Of a stretch of DNA of 64,000 nucleotides, positions 13,770 through 25,462 are shown piece after piece. Positions within the stretch are counted from its first letter, which is position 1. Every line of letters starts with the position of its first letter. The notes beneath the pieces were generated by a model, which worked only from the letters and a program-made list of their open reading frames with translations, was not told the DNA's origin and did no database searches. The DNA lies in contig NC_068981.1 in the NCBI RefSeq assembly GCF_001194135.2, positions 103,791,617 to 103,855,616 on the forward strand, given 5' to 3'. The position numbers were made by a program, and so were the translations under genes. The stretch comes from Octopus bimaculoides (lineage: Eukaryota).

Positions 13770-14075
13770 TTATGACAGAGAAATGTAATTATTTAAATGT
13801 TTCTAAGTTATGTTATGATATTCGAATTTTCTTATTATTAAATAAAACTTTATCAAACTATTTCTTTGTCAATTATGACTTTATACATTCCTTATCATTT
13901 TCTCTTGTATTGTACTGTATATTCGATATGCTTTGTTGAATGATACATTAAGGAACTTTTTTTATGAGTTCTACCAGATTACTTGAAAATATTTATTGAA
14001 AACTTATATATATCACGGTGGTGCACCAGCATGACCGCAGCCACTTGGCTGAAACACATAAATAAATAAATAAAT
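13770..14075 (+). mobile_element. Probable CR1-group LINE 3'UTR
   Basis: AT-rich UTR ending cggtggtgcaccagcatgaccgcagccacttggctgaaac(ataa)n, the same terminal motif as the LINE at 41160. Confidence 0.5.
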
Positions 14076-14397
14076 ATATATATATATTTATATATATAGT
14101 TTTAGGGAAAAGAACCAAAACTATAAACTATATATTTATAAATATTTTATACTGTGAAACTTAATTTAATTTTAATTTTTAATAAATTGATTTTAAATGA
14201 GTTTTTACCTNNNNNNNNNNNNNNNNNNNNNNNNNNNNNNNNNNNNNNNNNNNNNNNNNNNNNNNNNNNNNNNNNNNNNNNNNNNNNNNNNNNNNNNNNN
14301 NNNNNNNNNNNNNNNNNNNNNNNNNNNNNNNNNNNNNNNNNNNNNNNNNNNNNNNNNNNNNNNNNNNNNNNNNNNNNNNTGAAAAGCTGAGAGTTTC

Positions 14398-14448
14398 GTG
14401 TGTTTGATAAGTGCCAGTGCATGAAACTCTTAGCCCTTGAGTCACTCT
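14398..14448 (+). ncRNA. Degenerate type I hammerhead-like motif (U3-A8 variant)
   Basis: UUGAUAA, stem II GUGC-CAGU-GCAU, GAAA, stem III CUC...GAG, UC. Stem I is weak. Confidence 0.4.
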
Positions 14449-14465
14449 GTTGCTTCCGCTAAATA

Positions 14466-14499
<34 letters not shown>

Positions 14500-14765
14500 A
14501 GCTTCTTTCAGTTTCTATCTACCAAATCCATTCCTTCGCTGACCTGGGACTTTAATAGAAGACATTTGCCCAAGATTCCACATAGTGGGACTGAACTTAG
14601 AGCCAGGTGGTTGGCAAGCAAGCTTCTTATGACAGAAAGGCAGACTACACTCATTTAAAGCATACAAGTTTCTCCCAATTCAGCAACCATTCAGCTCTTG
14701 CTACAAGAACTTGCAGTCTCCATCATGTAACTTGACAAATAAAAATCTCACACATTATCACTCAC

Positions 14766-14861
14766 AACCAGCCCTATTTAGAGAGATTGTAGCTGTTTCA
14801 CCTCTCTTCAGTATTGCATCCAAATGATCAGACATTGCATCTGTGAAATTATGATGCAAAT
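14766..14861 (-). CDS. Nested-gene exon (96 nt, phase 1 to 1)
   Basis: ttattcag|...GGT T|gtgagt. Open frame (D)LHHNFTDAMSDHLDAILKRGETATISLNRAG. Confidence 0.7.
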
Positions 14862-14988
14862 CTGAATAACAAGTTGTTAACACAAATATTATACCTCTTA
14901 TAACACATGCAGGTATACTTGTACACACACACACGCATGCACACAATCAGTGAAACACTAGCTAAACCATGCAAGTGAATGTACTCAC

Positions 14989-15016
14989 CACTTATGTTGA
15001 GGGTTTGTTTCATTAA
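14989..15016 (-). CDS. Nested-gene small exon (28 nt, phase 0 to 1)
   Basis: tcttctctcag|TTA ATG AAA CAA ACC CTC AAC ATA AGT G|gtgagt (LMKQTLNIS). Bridges the phases of both neighbouring exons. Confidence 0.7.
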
Positions 15017-15496
15017 CTGAGAGAAGACATTAATGTGGCTGTTTTGGTTTAAGTCTCTGTTTATGGGTCTCTTTATTGATTTAGTTGTGTTTGTGTAGTT
15101 ATTTGCTGGTTTATTTGGTTTATTTATCAATTTAGTTTATTCTGAAGACTAATTTGTGTGTATGTTTGTGTGTGGTGGAGAGGGGCATAAGAAAATGAGA
15201 GAGAGAGAGAAAAAAGTTGTTGACCTAATCTTTGGGAGAGTTGTTCTTCTTGGAACAAACATTTACTGGTTCATAGCATCAGTTGCACTGACACTTGGTA
15301 AAACTCGTTTCCTTTTCCAGCTAAATAGCTTCATGCCCCTCAAATCCTTAGACCTTTCAAAAGTCACTCAACCTACTAGAAATAACAATTGATTCTTCCT
15401 CATGTTACATCATGCAGTCTTTCATCTTTAAAGAAAATAAGGAAGGCTGACTTTAAGAAGAGAAAAAATTGCCAGAACATTTTTTGGCTGGAATAC

Positions 15497-15705
15497 CTTT
15501 AGCCACAGGCATACTTCATCAGAACTGACTGAAGGTTGAACAATAAAAAACAGCAATGACAATAACTTCATTAGAATTATGACAAGTGGCTGTAATAGTT
15601 CCTGTACTTCTGGAGATGGATGTAGAGGAAAAATCTGTTGTGAGATATCTTCTTGGTCTAGGTTAGCATCGTCATTCAGCAGTCCTAGTTTCTCTGGTTT
15701 CTTAT
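15497..15705 (-). CDS. Nested-gene exon (209 nt, phase 1 to 0)
   Basis: cttttacattttag|...CTA AAG|gtattc. 69 open codons KKPEKLGLLNDDANLDQEDISQQIFPLHPSPEVQELLQPLVIILMKLLSLLFFIVQPSVSSDEVCLWLK. Confidence 0.7.
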
Positions 15706-15777
15706 CTAAAATGTAAAAGCAAATGTTTTTAGTAGGCTATGTTTCTTTAAAGAGCCAATTCTTAGCTACTGTTTCAC

Positions 15778-16044
15778 TTATAGCACAGTGGGGGGGGGGA
15801 GCAGATGAGTGATAACAATTTCCTTAAATAAACAAATGTCAGGTTTCACAATTTTATGAACTGCCATAGTGATCACAATGTGTAGAACATTAGTCACGAC
15901 TTCTTGATCAAGGTCAGAATATAAGCCAGCTTGAAATATCTGACTGACTTTTGAACCAATGATTTTGAGCCTCCATATTGCTGCCAACTTAGAGGTAGCA
16001 GCCAAATAGTCCTTAAATCAGAGCAGAAGCAGACACATAGATGA
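15778..16044 (-). CDS. Nested-gene exon with frameshift(s)
   Basis: Acceptor ccttttctcag at 16045 (alternative tttaag at 16012); donor gtgaaa gives a 72-nt intron. Open run DYLAATSKLAAIWRLKIIGSKVSQIFQAGLYSDLDQEVVTNVLHIVITMAVHKIVKPDICLFKEIVITHLLPPP, then out of phase at the G10 run (15790-15799). Confidence 0.65.
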
Positions 16045-16126
16045 CTGAGAAAAGGTGAGATGAACATACACTCATTGAAAGCTGACCTGCTGACCCTCAG
16101 TATAATACATGTATAAATCAATGCAG

Positions 16127-16179
<53 letters not shown>

Positions 16180-17292
16180 CACACACTCTGTCTCTTGCAG
16201 CTAGAAAAGTTTCCCAGTACATGTCAGTCACTAGGTACTCAGAACAATTCACTATTACTGCTACCACCACTACTACTACTATCCCTTATAATGTTACTAG
16301 TTTTCTTAGAGGCTGTGTACATTCCAATACACCTTTGTGTCTTCTTGCCTTTCCTACTGTGTCTCATCCCGATTAAATCCTTGCATTCTAAACTCTTTAC
16401 TCTCCCCAAAACAGTTTCTCTTTAACATTCCACCTACTTTGCTCATACTTTTCCCTTAGTGACACAAATCTGCAGAAATTCAAGCTGAACATCAGTCACA
16501 ATGAGCTTAATAGTCTGGAAAGAAGCAGAAATTGCAAAGGTCATAAATCATTTATACTGCCTCTCTGACTAATTAGTAATGAAAACACCCAAGCTTATCG
16601 ACCATAGGCCTGTCAGCTTAACAAGGGCTGCTTTAGCTTTGGGTCCTTCTGTGCAGTTCAGTGCATTGGATAGTAAGCTTCCTCCACCAGCTTCGGTTGG
16701 CTGCTACTGTTGCACATGATTTTCAGGTAATGTTGATTGTCTTCAAGTCATCTTGAAATATCCACTGCTATCTTGAAATGTTCACTGCCATCTTAAAATG
16801 TCCACTGTCGAGAGTTGACCAGGGACTAAACAACCACATTGATAATGAGAGCTGCAGAAAGCTAACTTATAATGAAACATAATGTAGTACTCACTGTAAC
16901 ACATAAAAGTGGACATCATATTAATGATGATGCATATACACACTGCCAATTATATTAGCATATACACACACACATAATTACATTCATACATACCTACATG
17001 CATAAATACATGTCCAGTTAAACTTATGTACATTCTAACCAGTATCCACCTAATTAAATGACCCATCAGTATTTCAAGAAAGTTCAAATATAGGGGGAGT
17101 ATTAAAGCAGCCTTTGAGGTATATATATATCAAGATGAACAAACAAAAGAAGGACATACTGCCAATAGTATTAGCAGATACTCTGGACCCACGCATCTTA
17201 TTTGATAACTTCTTTATACATTCAATGTGTTGATTGAATTATGTATGACATGAAAATGATATATTTAAATGTGTCCCCTTTTCAATTCTCAC

Positions 17293-17459
17293 AGTCTCCT
17301 CCTCCTTTGATAAACTCTGCTCTTGTACAATAAATACAGCCAGTTGCTTGATCCTTCAAGATCAAGAGTATCAAGCAATTGGAAATGAAGTCTTATGAAT
17401 TCAGCAAGAGATAAAATGGAAGATAATGATGTTTCTGAATATCCCAAAGGCATTAGCAG
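17293..17459 (-). CDS. Probable nested-gene exon (167 nt)
   Basis: ttctag|CTG CTA ATG...AGA CT|gtgaga. Open frame LLMPLGYSETSLSSILSLAEFIRLHFQLLDTLDLEGSSNWLYLLYKSRVYQRRRRL. An alternative acceptor at 17477 would include an in-frame TAG. Confidence 0.55.
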
Positions 17460-17547
17460 CTAGAACCAATTTTGAGCTAGAAACATACTTAGCCACCTTG
17501 GAGCATACCATGTAGGGTTTGGTGCTCGACATAAAATGCTTATGTGA

Positions 17548-17819
17548 AAAATGTCATCATCATCATCATCATCGTTTTCAATGTACATTTTTACATGCTA
17601 TCATGGGTTGGATGGAATTTGTTAAGGTGGATTTTCTATTGCCTGATGCCCTTTCTGTCCCCTTTCTGTACCTGTGTCAAGTAAGGTAATATTCCCTACA
17701 ACCAGACATATTTTAATGGAAGATTGGAAATGAAAGATACTGCTTGCATGATGGTGACACTCATTTACAATTATTACATAAAGTCAAGGCAAGGTGATTC
17801 TCTCTCTCTCTCTCTCTCT

Positions 17820-17857
<38 letters not shown>

Positions 17858-17995
17858 GCTTCTTTCAGTTTCCATCGCAAGGCTTTGGTCGGCCTGGGGC
17901 TATAGTGGAAGATGCTTTGCCCAGGGTGCCATGAAATGTAACTGAATCTGATATCATGTAGTTGGGAAGCAAACTTCTTACCACACAGCCGCAGA
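17548..17995 (-). mobile_element. SINE with family A head and RTE-type (TGA)n tail
   Basis: Head aagtttgcttcccaactacatg...ggcaaagcatcttccactatagccc; different body; tail cccatgatagcatg...gatgatgatg. Same layout at 45445-45900. Confidence 0.65.
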
Positions 17996-18790
17996 CAGAG
18001 ATGTATACTAGTGTGGAATCTTTAACCTGACTCCTTGCTACTTGGCACATTCCAGAAATCAGAGGCTAAATGTAATACTTAAAATTCACACTGAGTAATT
18101 CTTCACATTGCCATTTTGTTTATAGTAGAATTACTAATGTTCAAATGTTTTCAAACCAGTCAGTGATGTAGGCTTTTTCTCCAAAATTATTATTTTTTTT
18201 AAATAGTTATATTAATTTTTGTTTTTAATTTTTTTGTTTCATTCCTGCTTGCATATATCCCTGTAGTCAGATCTTCAGAATGCTCTATGAATGTTTTGCA
18301 CACTACATTTACATACATTTACCCCATATTGTATCACACCACACACAAAACATGTTCACTTATATTTAAAAACATCTGCAGGAAGTTTATTCATACAGAT
18401 GATTTCCTTTCACTGCACATATAGTCAGAGCACATATATTCATGTAACACATATTTACAGATAAACTAACATACAAGCTCATTCTCATAAATGCTTTCTG
18501 ACACAACAAATATCCATAACACATACACACATATGAATTCAAACATGCTCATTCATACATATATACATAATGTCTTGTTATCCGTATTCCTCAAAAACAA
18601 AACAAAATAAATACAAAATTTTAAAAAAAACCCTTAGCACCCCTCTGGTTTTGACAGCATGCCCAATGTTTTGTTACATGTTCTTCATCTGTGCATCATA
18701 AATTCTATTGGTGTATTCTAGCACTATTAACCTTTTCACATTTATATCTACAAATCCATATTCGCAACACACTTATAATGTTTACAATAC

Positions 18791-18814
18791 TTCATCATAA
18801 AAGTCATCTCTTCT
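18791..18814 (-). CDS. Candidate micro-exon (24 nt, RRDDFYDE)
   Basis: Strong acceptor ttttttttccccag, donor gtattg, phase 0 to 0. Confidence 0.3.
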
Positions 18815-19028
18815 CTGGGGAAAAAAACAGATGCAACAATTTAACAGAAATAACATTTCGGGGTCCAGTTCAACCTAAACTCTGGGATACCTTACTTGTC
18901 TTGAATTTGCTTGGGGTTGTAAACACAAGACTGATTTCGAGTGATACGTACATGCACACATACGTACTTTATTTGTGTCAGTCACTGAACTGCAGCCATG
19001 TTGGAGCACTGCTTTGAAGGGTATAGTT

Positions 19029-19317
19029 CAGTGGTCCTCAACCATTGTTTACTCATGGACCCCTCTGATTACTATCCTATTCTGGTGGACCCCTACAATC
19101 ATTTGATGGTTAAAAACTAGTTTTATAGATACTTCTTTCAAAATTCCTAATTTGTTTTTACACATTAACTTGTGTAGATTGAACTATGTAAAATGTTAGA
19201 GAGAGAAACTGAGCTGTTTCTTGCAATAAATGCATCTAAAGCAAAATTTTTCCATGGACATCTAAGAATATTATATGGAGCCCCTGGGGCAATGTGGACC
19301 CCAGTTGAGAACCACTG
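19029..19317. mobile_element. hAT (Charlie-like) MITE
   Basis: TIRs CAGTGGTCCTCAAC / GTTGAGAACCACTG; 8-bp TSD GTATAGTT / GTATAGTA. Confidence 0.8.
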
Positions 19318-19661
19318 GTATAGTACAACTAACTGACACCAGTGCATACTTTTTTTTAAATCTATTACTTATTTTATTGGTTTCTTTTGCCAGACAACTA
19401 GGTTATGGGCTCATAAACAAACTCCAATTGTCAAGCAATAGACAGGAAATCATACAGACACATACGCACACACTAGGCTTCTACTCAGCAGTCAGGCAGT
19501 CCAATGCAACAATGATGTGGAATAAGATACCATACTTGAAAACACAAATAAAGGTTAGCATCAGGAAGAACATCCAGCCATAGAATTCTGCCTTAAGAAG
19601 TCTTATTCATCCTCAGCTGTTGTGAAGAAAAGCAAAACATAAAACAATGATGATACTGTTC

Positions 19662-19769
<108 letters not shown>

Positions 19770-19949
19770 AGTAGAGAAACTATGCTGCAAGGCTTAATGG
19801 AAATCCTGAAGATAAATATTTTGTTTTGGTTGTAACCAGTGTTTGTATTTGGGATAATGATTTCAAATGTTGTAAAAAGGCCAGTAATTTCGACAAGGGA
19901 GTAAGTCAATTGCATTGACCTCAGTATTCAACTGGTACTTATTTTTTAT

Positions 19950-20187
19950 TGTATATATATATGTATATATATGTATGTATATGGATATATATATATATAT
20001 GGATATATATGTATATATATATGTATCTATCTTTCTGTGTATATATATATGTGTATGTGTGTATATATAAATATGTGTGTATGTATATATGTGTATGTAT
20101 ATATATGTATATGTGTATGTATATATATGTATATGTGTATATATGTGTATATGTGTATATATATATGTATATATGTGTATCTATACG

Positions 20188-20236
<49 letters not shown>

Positions 20237-20390
20237 TTATTTATATATATAGGTGTGTATATATGTGTGTGTATATATATATATATATATGTATGTATAT
20301 ATGTACATATATCTATATGTAGATGTATATATAGATGTATATATATATATATATATATGTATATATCTGTGTGTGTATATTCCATCCTCT
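19950..20390. repeat. Compound (AT)n/(ATGT)n microsatellite
   Basis: Direct inspection; source of the YIYI/CVCV pseudo-ORFs. Confidence 0.95.
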
Positions 20391-20391
20391 A

Positions 20392-21272
20392 TGAGTTGAA
20401 CTGGATAGCGTCTGTCAATTAGGGTGTTAATTAGGGAGTTCTTGCAGTCTAAAGTCTCTGAGTTTTTTTCTGACACTATTGTGCATATCCTTCTTGCAAG
20501 GTTGAAGGGGATGTTTGTTTTGGTGTGTCTTGGGTGGTATGAATTAAATAGTAGATATTGTTTGGTGTCTGTTGTTTTGTAAAATACGGCCGTTTCTATT
20601 TTTAGGTTTATTTTTTTAAATTAGTATATCCAAAAATGGGAACTCCTTTTGGTTGTACTCTATTGTGAACTGTACGTTTTGGTTGATGCTGTTCAATAGC
20701 CTTTTGAATTTCAGGAGTTTATCTGTGTTTTCATTCCAGAGTATGAAACAGTCATTCAGGAATCTTTTCCAATTTTCTTTTATGTATTGGGAAAGGGGGT
20801 TTCCAAAGGTAGATAAAGATTCCTGGTATATTATTATTTCCAGATAGCCCATTGTTAGGTTCGCAATGACTGGGGCTGCCTTAGTGCCCATAGTAATTCT
20901 GGATTTTTGTTGATAAAACGTATTGTCAAACATGAAGTGGTTGTTTCGTAGGATGAATTCAACCAATTCAGTTATAAATTTTTTGCTGATCCTTTTTGGT
21001 ATTTCTTCTGAAAATTAGTCCAGCCAGAACTGAATTGCCTCTAGCCCATAATTATGAGGTATACTGGTATATAAATTGATTACATCAAATGAAACCATGA
21101 TGGTTTCTTCCTTGATTTTTTTTGGGAGGTAATTTAATATATCCAAGTCATCTCTGATATGGCTATTGATGTGTTTAAGGAAGGGTTTCGGGAGGATGTC
21201 CATAAAAAGACTTAGTCTGTGTGTTTCACAGGCTGGGCCACCTATAATGGATCGTAGTTTTAAGTCCCCTGG
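20392..21272 (-). mobile_element. Penelope-like element reverse transcriptase, disrupted
   Basis: PGDLKLRSIIGGPACETHRLS, SFDVINLYTSIP, YQQ..ITMGTKAAPVIANLTM, WKRFLNDCF, FTIE..EFPFLDI, FYKTTDTKQYL..YHPRHTKTNIPFNLARRICTIVS. Confidence 0.9.
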
Positions 21273-21352
21273 GTTTGATGCTTATGTATATATATGAACA
21301 TATATATGTGTATATATATGTATATATTTTTTATTTAAAAGCAACAGAAATA

Positions 21353-21408
21353 TAACAAAAGACTGTTACTCGGAGTTTCACGTTCCCGTTCATCGGACAC
21401 TTTTGTTA
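21353..21408 (-). ncRNA. Type I minimal hammerhead ribozyme of the Penelope-like element
   Basis: UAACAAAAG-UGU / CCGAUGA / ACG-GGAA-CGU / GAAA / C-UCCGA-G / UA^ / ACA-GU-CUUUUGUUA. All three stems pair; U4 is replaced by C. Confidence 0.75.
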
Positions 21409-21726
21409 GAAATGGGAAAGGAATGACAATGCAATCAAAATTAATATAAAATTTGAAACACGTGAATCTGTTTGATTGGTCGTTTCAAATAACGGTCATG
21501 GGTGCGCAATGAACAAAACAAATGAATTTAATATAGATTCATCCTATTTTCTAAAAAATCGAAGAAAACCATACATATTGTAAATAATTAATTATATTCG
21601 AATTAACACATTAAAATCAAATAAAATAAAATATACGCTGCATTAAAAATAAAATTACAACAGTATAAACGCATACTAGACTATCTACAACATATATATA
21701 TACATCAAAATACACAGATGCATACG

Positions 21727-21968
21727 TATGAGTCTTCAGCTTTTGCTGAATGACCCGCACCAATGATTTGTTTACAATGATCAAATTAGGTCACTCCCTC
21801 CATGAAATTGGCATTGTCTGAACAGGTGCATGGCGTAGCATGTGTGAGACGTGAAAGTGATAATGGAGCAACGCGAGATGAAGCGTTTTCCTCAAGCACA
21901 CTATGCACCACCCGGTCTTGGAATTCAAATCATGATTGCAACATCCTAACCACTAGGCCATATGCCCT
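21727..21968 (-). mobile_element. tRNA-derived SINE related to 41-470
   Basis: Reverse strand reads ggcctagtggttaggatgttgcaatcatgatttgaattccaagaccggg. Confidence 0.6.
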
Positions 21969-22440
21969 CATACACCCACATGCGTGCACACACTCACTCA
22001 CATAAAATTGTTCATTGGATTCTTTTGAATTCACATTTTTGAATATTAAGGACACCAAGTGAGGGTTGTCGTCTGCACAACTACATATATACTATATACA
22101 AATATACCAATATATACTCATGTACGTATGGATGTATTCATACACTTACACATACACATGTGTATAGATATACATGTGCATGAAATTATACCCCTTCTCT
22201 TCAACTTACAACCTATGCAACTTATCACCATGCACACTTATGACCACAAAAAATGAAAAAATAAATACATAAATTGATATTCAGACGTTGTGCAGCTGCA
22301 TGTATGATAACTATGGCAGCATCTGGTAACCCAGTCTCCCTGAGACACAGGCATCCATTGCCTGCCATTGTCCCTCACTCAGTCACTTTTAACTATCAGT
22401 TGCATGTGGATCTTACAATTGTATCTTAAATACCCATGAA

Positions 22441-22845
22441 ATGACTGGTAAATGGAAGATGCTTTCATCTACAGATGCACCACCTAAGAAGTCAAAGAAG
22501 GCTATTGGTTTAGACTGTAAAATGAAGATTATCCAGCAGTTTGAAGGCGGAAAGTAGGTGAATACAATAGCACATGACTTGAAGTTATCGCATTTCTCAG
22601 TATCAATGGTATTTAAGGACAAAAAAAGAATTCATGAAGCTGCGAAAGGTTCTACAGCTATGAAGTCTATAATTTTAACCAAACAATGACAGGGACCCAT
22701 CCATGAAATGGAGAAGTTGTTATTCATGTGGGTGGAAGATTTAATACCTGTTTGAATGAAAATAATGTTGAAAAATATAAATCCAACTTACGACCTGTCC
22801 GTCAGAACGGAACTTGGTCATAAGCCAAGGAGAAAGTGTATACCC
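22441..22845 (+). mobile_element. Tigger/pogo transposon remnant (CENP-B-type HTH N-terminus plus decayed right end)
   Basis: KKSKKAIGLDCKMKIIQQFEGGK*VNTIAHDLKLSHFSVSMVFKDKKRIHEA...HEMEKLLFMWVED; end ccaacttacgacc...ggaacttggtcataagccaagg. Confidence 0.75.
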
Positions 22846-22926
22846 ATGCACAACAGCATGCAGTTTCATGATCTCATGGAAGTTCCAGACCCAACATGGG
22901 GAAGGTTCCATGAATGGTGTTTACTT

Positions 22927-23210
22927 AAAATAAAAACAGAAATGGGTTAAAGGTTCACTACAGCTGTCTCAGACATATTTTTTTTATTGATGAATAATTC
23001 AATTACATCATGAAAAGCAATAATTTTTTTCAGGTAAATTAAAAATTTAAAATTTGATTCAGAGAAAAATACCATGAACCAAATTTTTAATTTTCAATTC
23101 ACCTGAAGAAAATAGTTGTTTTTCATGATGTAACTGAATTATTCATCAATAAAAAAAATGTCAGAGACAGCTGTGGTGAACCTTTAACCAATTTGTGTTC
23201 TTATGTTTTA
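22927..23210. repeat. Foldback palindrome (arms about 130 bp)
   Basis: ggttaaaggttcactacagctgtctcagaca...ttattgatgaataattc versus gaattattcatcaataa...tgtcagagacagctgtggtgaacctttaacc. Confidence 0.85.
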
Positions 23211-23214
23211 TATA

Positions 23215-23472
23215 GAGCCCGTCGTATATATGTATACATATATATATGTATGTGTGTATATGTTTGTGTGTCTGTGTTTGTCCCACTAACATCGCTTGAC
23301 AACCAATGCTGGTGTGTTTACGTCCCCGTAACTTAGCTGTTCAGCAAAAGAGACTAATAGAATAAGTACTAGGCTTACAAAGAATAAGTCCTGGGGTCGA
23401 CTTGATTCGACTAAAGGCGGTGCTCCAGCATGGCTGCAGTCAAATGACTAAAACAAGTAAAAGAGTGAAAGA
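23215..23472 (+). mobile_element. SINE family A, 5'-truncated
   Basis: Near-identical to 10150-10393. Confidence 0.8.
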
Positions 23473-23609
23473 GACCATACTATCTGTTTTTTTCTCTTTT
23501 CCAGACAGGGAATGTAAGAGACTACATTATCTAATATGTCATTCCTTCTTAAAGATTGCTGGGTGTGAGTTTTAGGGAAATATGGTTGCTATTTTCAGCA
23601 GGTAAAGAA

Positions 23610-23802
23610 ATTCTGCAAAGGCTTTCTCCTTGGCTTGAACACTATGTTGTTGAAATTGTTTTTCAACAGTGAAGAGTGAATAGACTTGTATGTGTGCACA
23701 GAGCGTGTCCATGCATTTGATAGCTAACATTGTGCAGCAGAGTAATAGGAAGAAAGTATCCATACACGAACAACTAGTTGCTGTCTCACTCTCACTCACT
23801 CT
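23610..23802 (-). CDS. Candidate nested-gene exon; 3' end overrun by a repeat
   Basis: atattcag| then open RVSESETATSCSCMDTFFLLLCCTMLAIKCMDTLCAHIQVYSLFTVEKQFQQHSVQAKEKAFAEFLYLL. It runs into a dispersed repeat (ctgctgaaaatagcaaccatatt) with no clear donor. Confidence 0.35.
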
Positions 23803-23917
23803 CTGAATATATATATATATATCACTCATTATAGCTATCAAATGTAAATATACACTCATGTTCATCAGAATATTTTGCCTCAGTCAGATAGAGAACTCTC
23901 TGCTCATTATAGTTTAC

Positions 23918-23980
23918 ATTAGTTTTGCCTAATAGTAGTGAGGTTCTATCCTCTATAGTAGTAAGATGACGGGTAAGATC
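23918..23980 (-). CDS. Candidate nested-gene exon (63 nt, phase 0 to 0)
   Basis: ttttctaaag|GAT...AAT|gtaaac; DLTRHLTTIEDRTSLLLGKTN. Phase fits the exon ending at 23802. Confidence 0.35.
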
Positions 23981-24891
23981 CTTTAGAAAACATTTTTTCA
24001 TGTAGCGTTTTTTCATGGTGTTTTCCTAGTTTTTCATCCTTTTCTCTTTGTCCGTTATACTTTCTCTCTCATTTTTACTGGTATTTATGAGTTTTATTTT
24101 TAATTCTGCAAATTAACAGGAAAATTGATTTCTTGATTTACTTTATTTTCAGTATTTTTTTTGTTTTCATTTTCATTGCATGCACATGTATGTGTATATG
24201 TACATATGCCTCTATGTATGTGTATATATGTGTGCCTATGTGTATTTGTACATAGATAAGTGCATGTGCATGTCTGTGTATGCATATATATGTGTGTGTC
24301 TGTATATATGTGCCTGTATATATATGTTTGCATGTATATATGCCTGTATATGTATGTTTGCATGTATGTGGATGCATGTGTATATGTCCGTTATGTGTAT
24401 ATTTTATGCATCACTGTATGTATGTATGCATGTATGTACACATGTGTATGTGAGCCTGTTTATGATCTATGTGCATGTGTATATTTGTATGTTTGTCTGG
24501 ATATGTATGCTTTTCTGTGTACGTGAGTGTTTTTATGTGTATGTCTCTCTCTCTTTCTCTCTCCTCCCTGTGTGTGTGTGTGTGTATGTGTAGGTTAATA
24601 TTGTTTCTTGTGGAAAGAAGCCATAAATCTAAAACTTCACCCTTCACCATTCATCTCGTTGCTGTTGCAACTGCTGCACCACCACCACCACCACCACTGC
24701 TATCACTACTATCATTATTAATGCTTTTGCAATATATTGGATGCACGGAGGGAGTGATGTGAGCATTATCAGCTGCCTGTTTTCATTCTTCTTCCTTTTT
24801 TTAAAAAATTTATCTATCAAACCTTAATGATGATTACCAGATGTGCAAGCTGTTGTATATCTAGATCAGAAATGCGATAGATTGATAGATA

Positions 24892-24958
<67 letters not shown>

Positions 24959-25331
24959 GATGATCTGATGAACTTTGAGAGAGAAATAAACAGTGGGTTA
25001 GAGAGAAGCTGAGAGAGATGGACTCTGGTTGTGAGAGAAAGAGAGATGGCCTGAGATGGATTGAAGGGGTGGGAGAAAGAGAGATGGCCTAAAGGGGTGA
25101 GAAGATGAATTGAGGGAATGAGCAAAAAGAGAGATGGATTTATTATGAGAATATGTGTGAGGAAGGAGAGAGATGGTCTCATGAAATGAAAGAGAGATGG
25201 ACATTGGGTTAGAGAGAAGCTGAGAGAGAAGGAGAAGGACTATGTTAGTGATAGAGAGAGATGGACTGGGGGAGTGAAAGGAAAAGTTAGAGAGAGATGG
25301 ATTTATGATGAGAGAGAGATAGGGCTCTTAC

Positions 25332-25462
25332 CAACAGCTTTAGATAAGTATCCACACATTTGCAGCAATGATGAGTAGCCAGAGATCCTTGGTGATGATG
25401 GTGGTTGTAGCAACAGTGAGCTGGTAGAAGTGGGGATCCTCATAGGTTGGAGGGAAAATTCA
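25332..25462 (-). CDS. Candidate nested-gene exon (131 nt; frame ambiguous)
   Basis: ggattttgcag|...TTG|gtaaga, strong signals. The phase 2-to-1 frame is open. The phase 1-to-0 frame that fits both neighbours contains TGA at 25440-25442. Confidence 0.4.

Noticed and set aside
16748-16810. Small tandem duplications (20 bp x3 here; about 31 bp at 26420-26480; about 107 bp at 42444-42628; about 65 bp at 61005-61190)
   Set aside because: Ordinary slippage products with no further structure.
19939-20422. Long YIYI/CVCV ORFs here and at 24100-24593, 47389-48052 and 55190-55667, plus X-rich ORFs across gaps
   Set aside because: Translations of microsatellites or N-runs.
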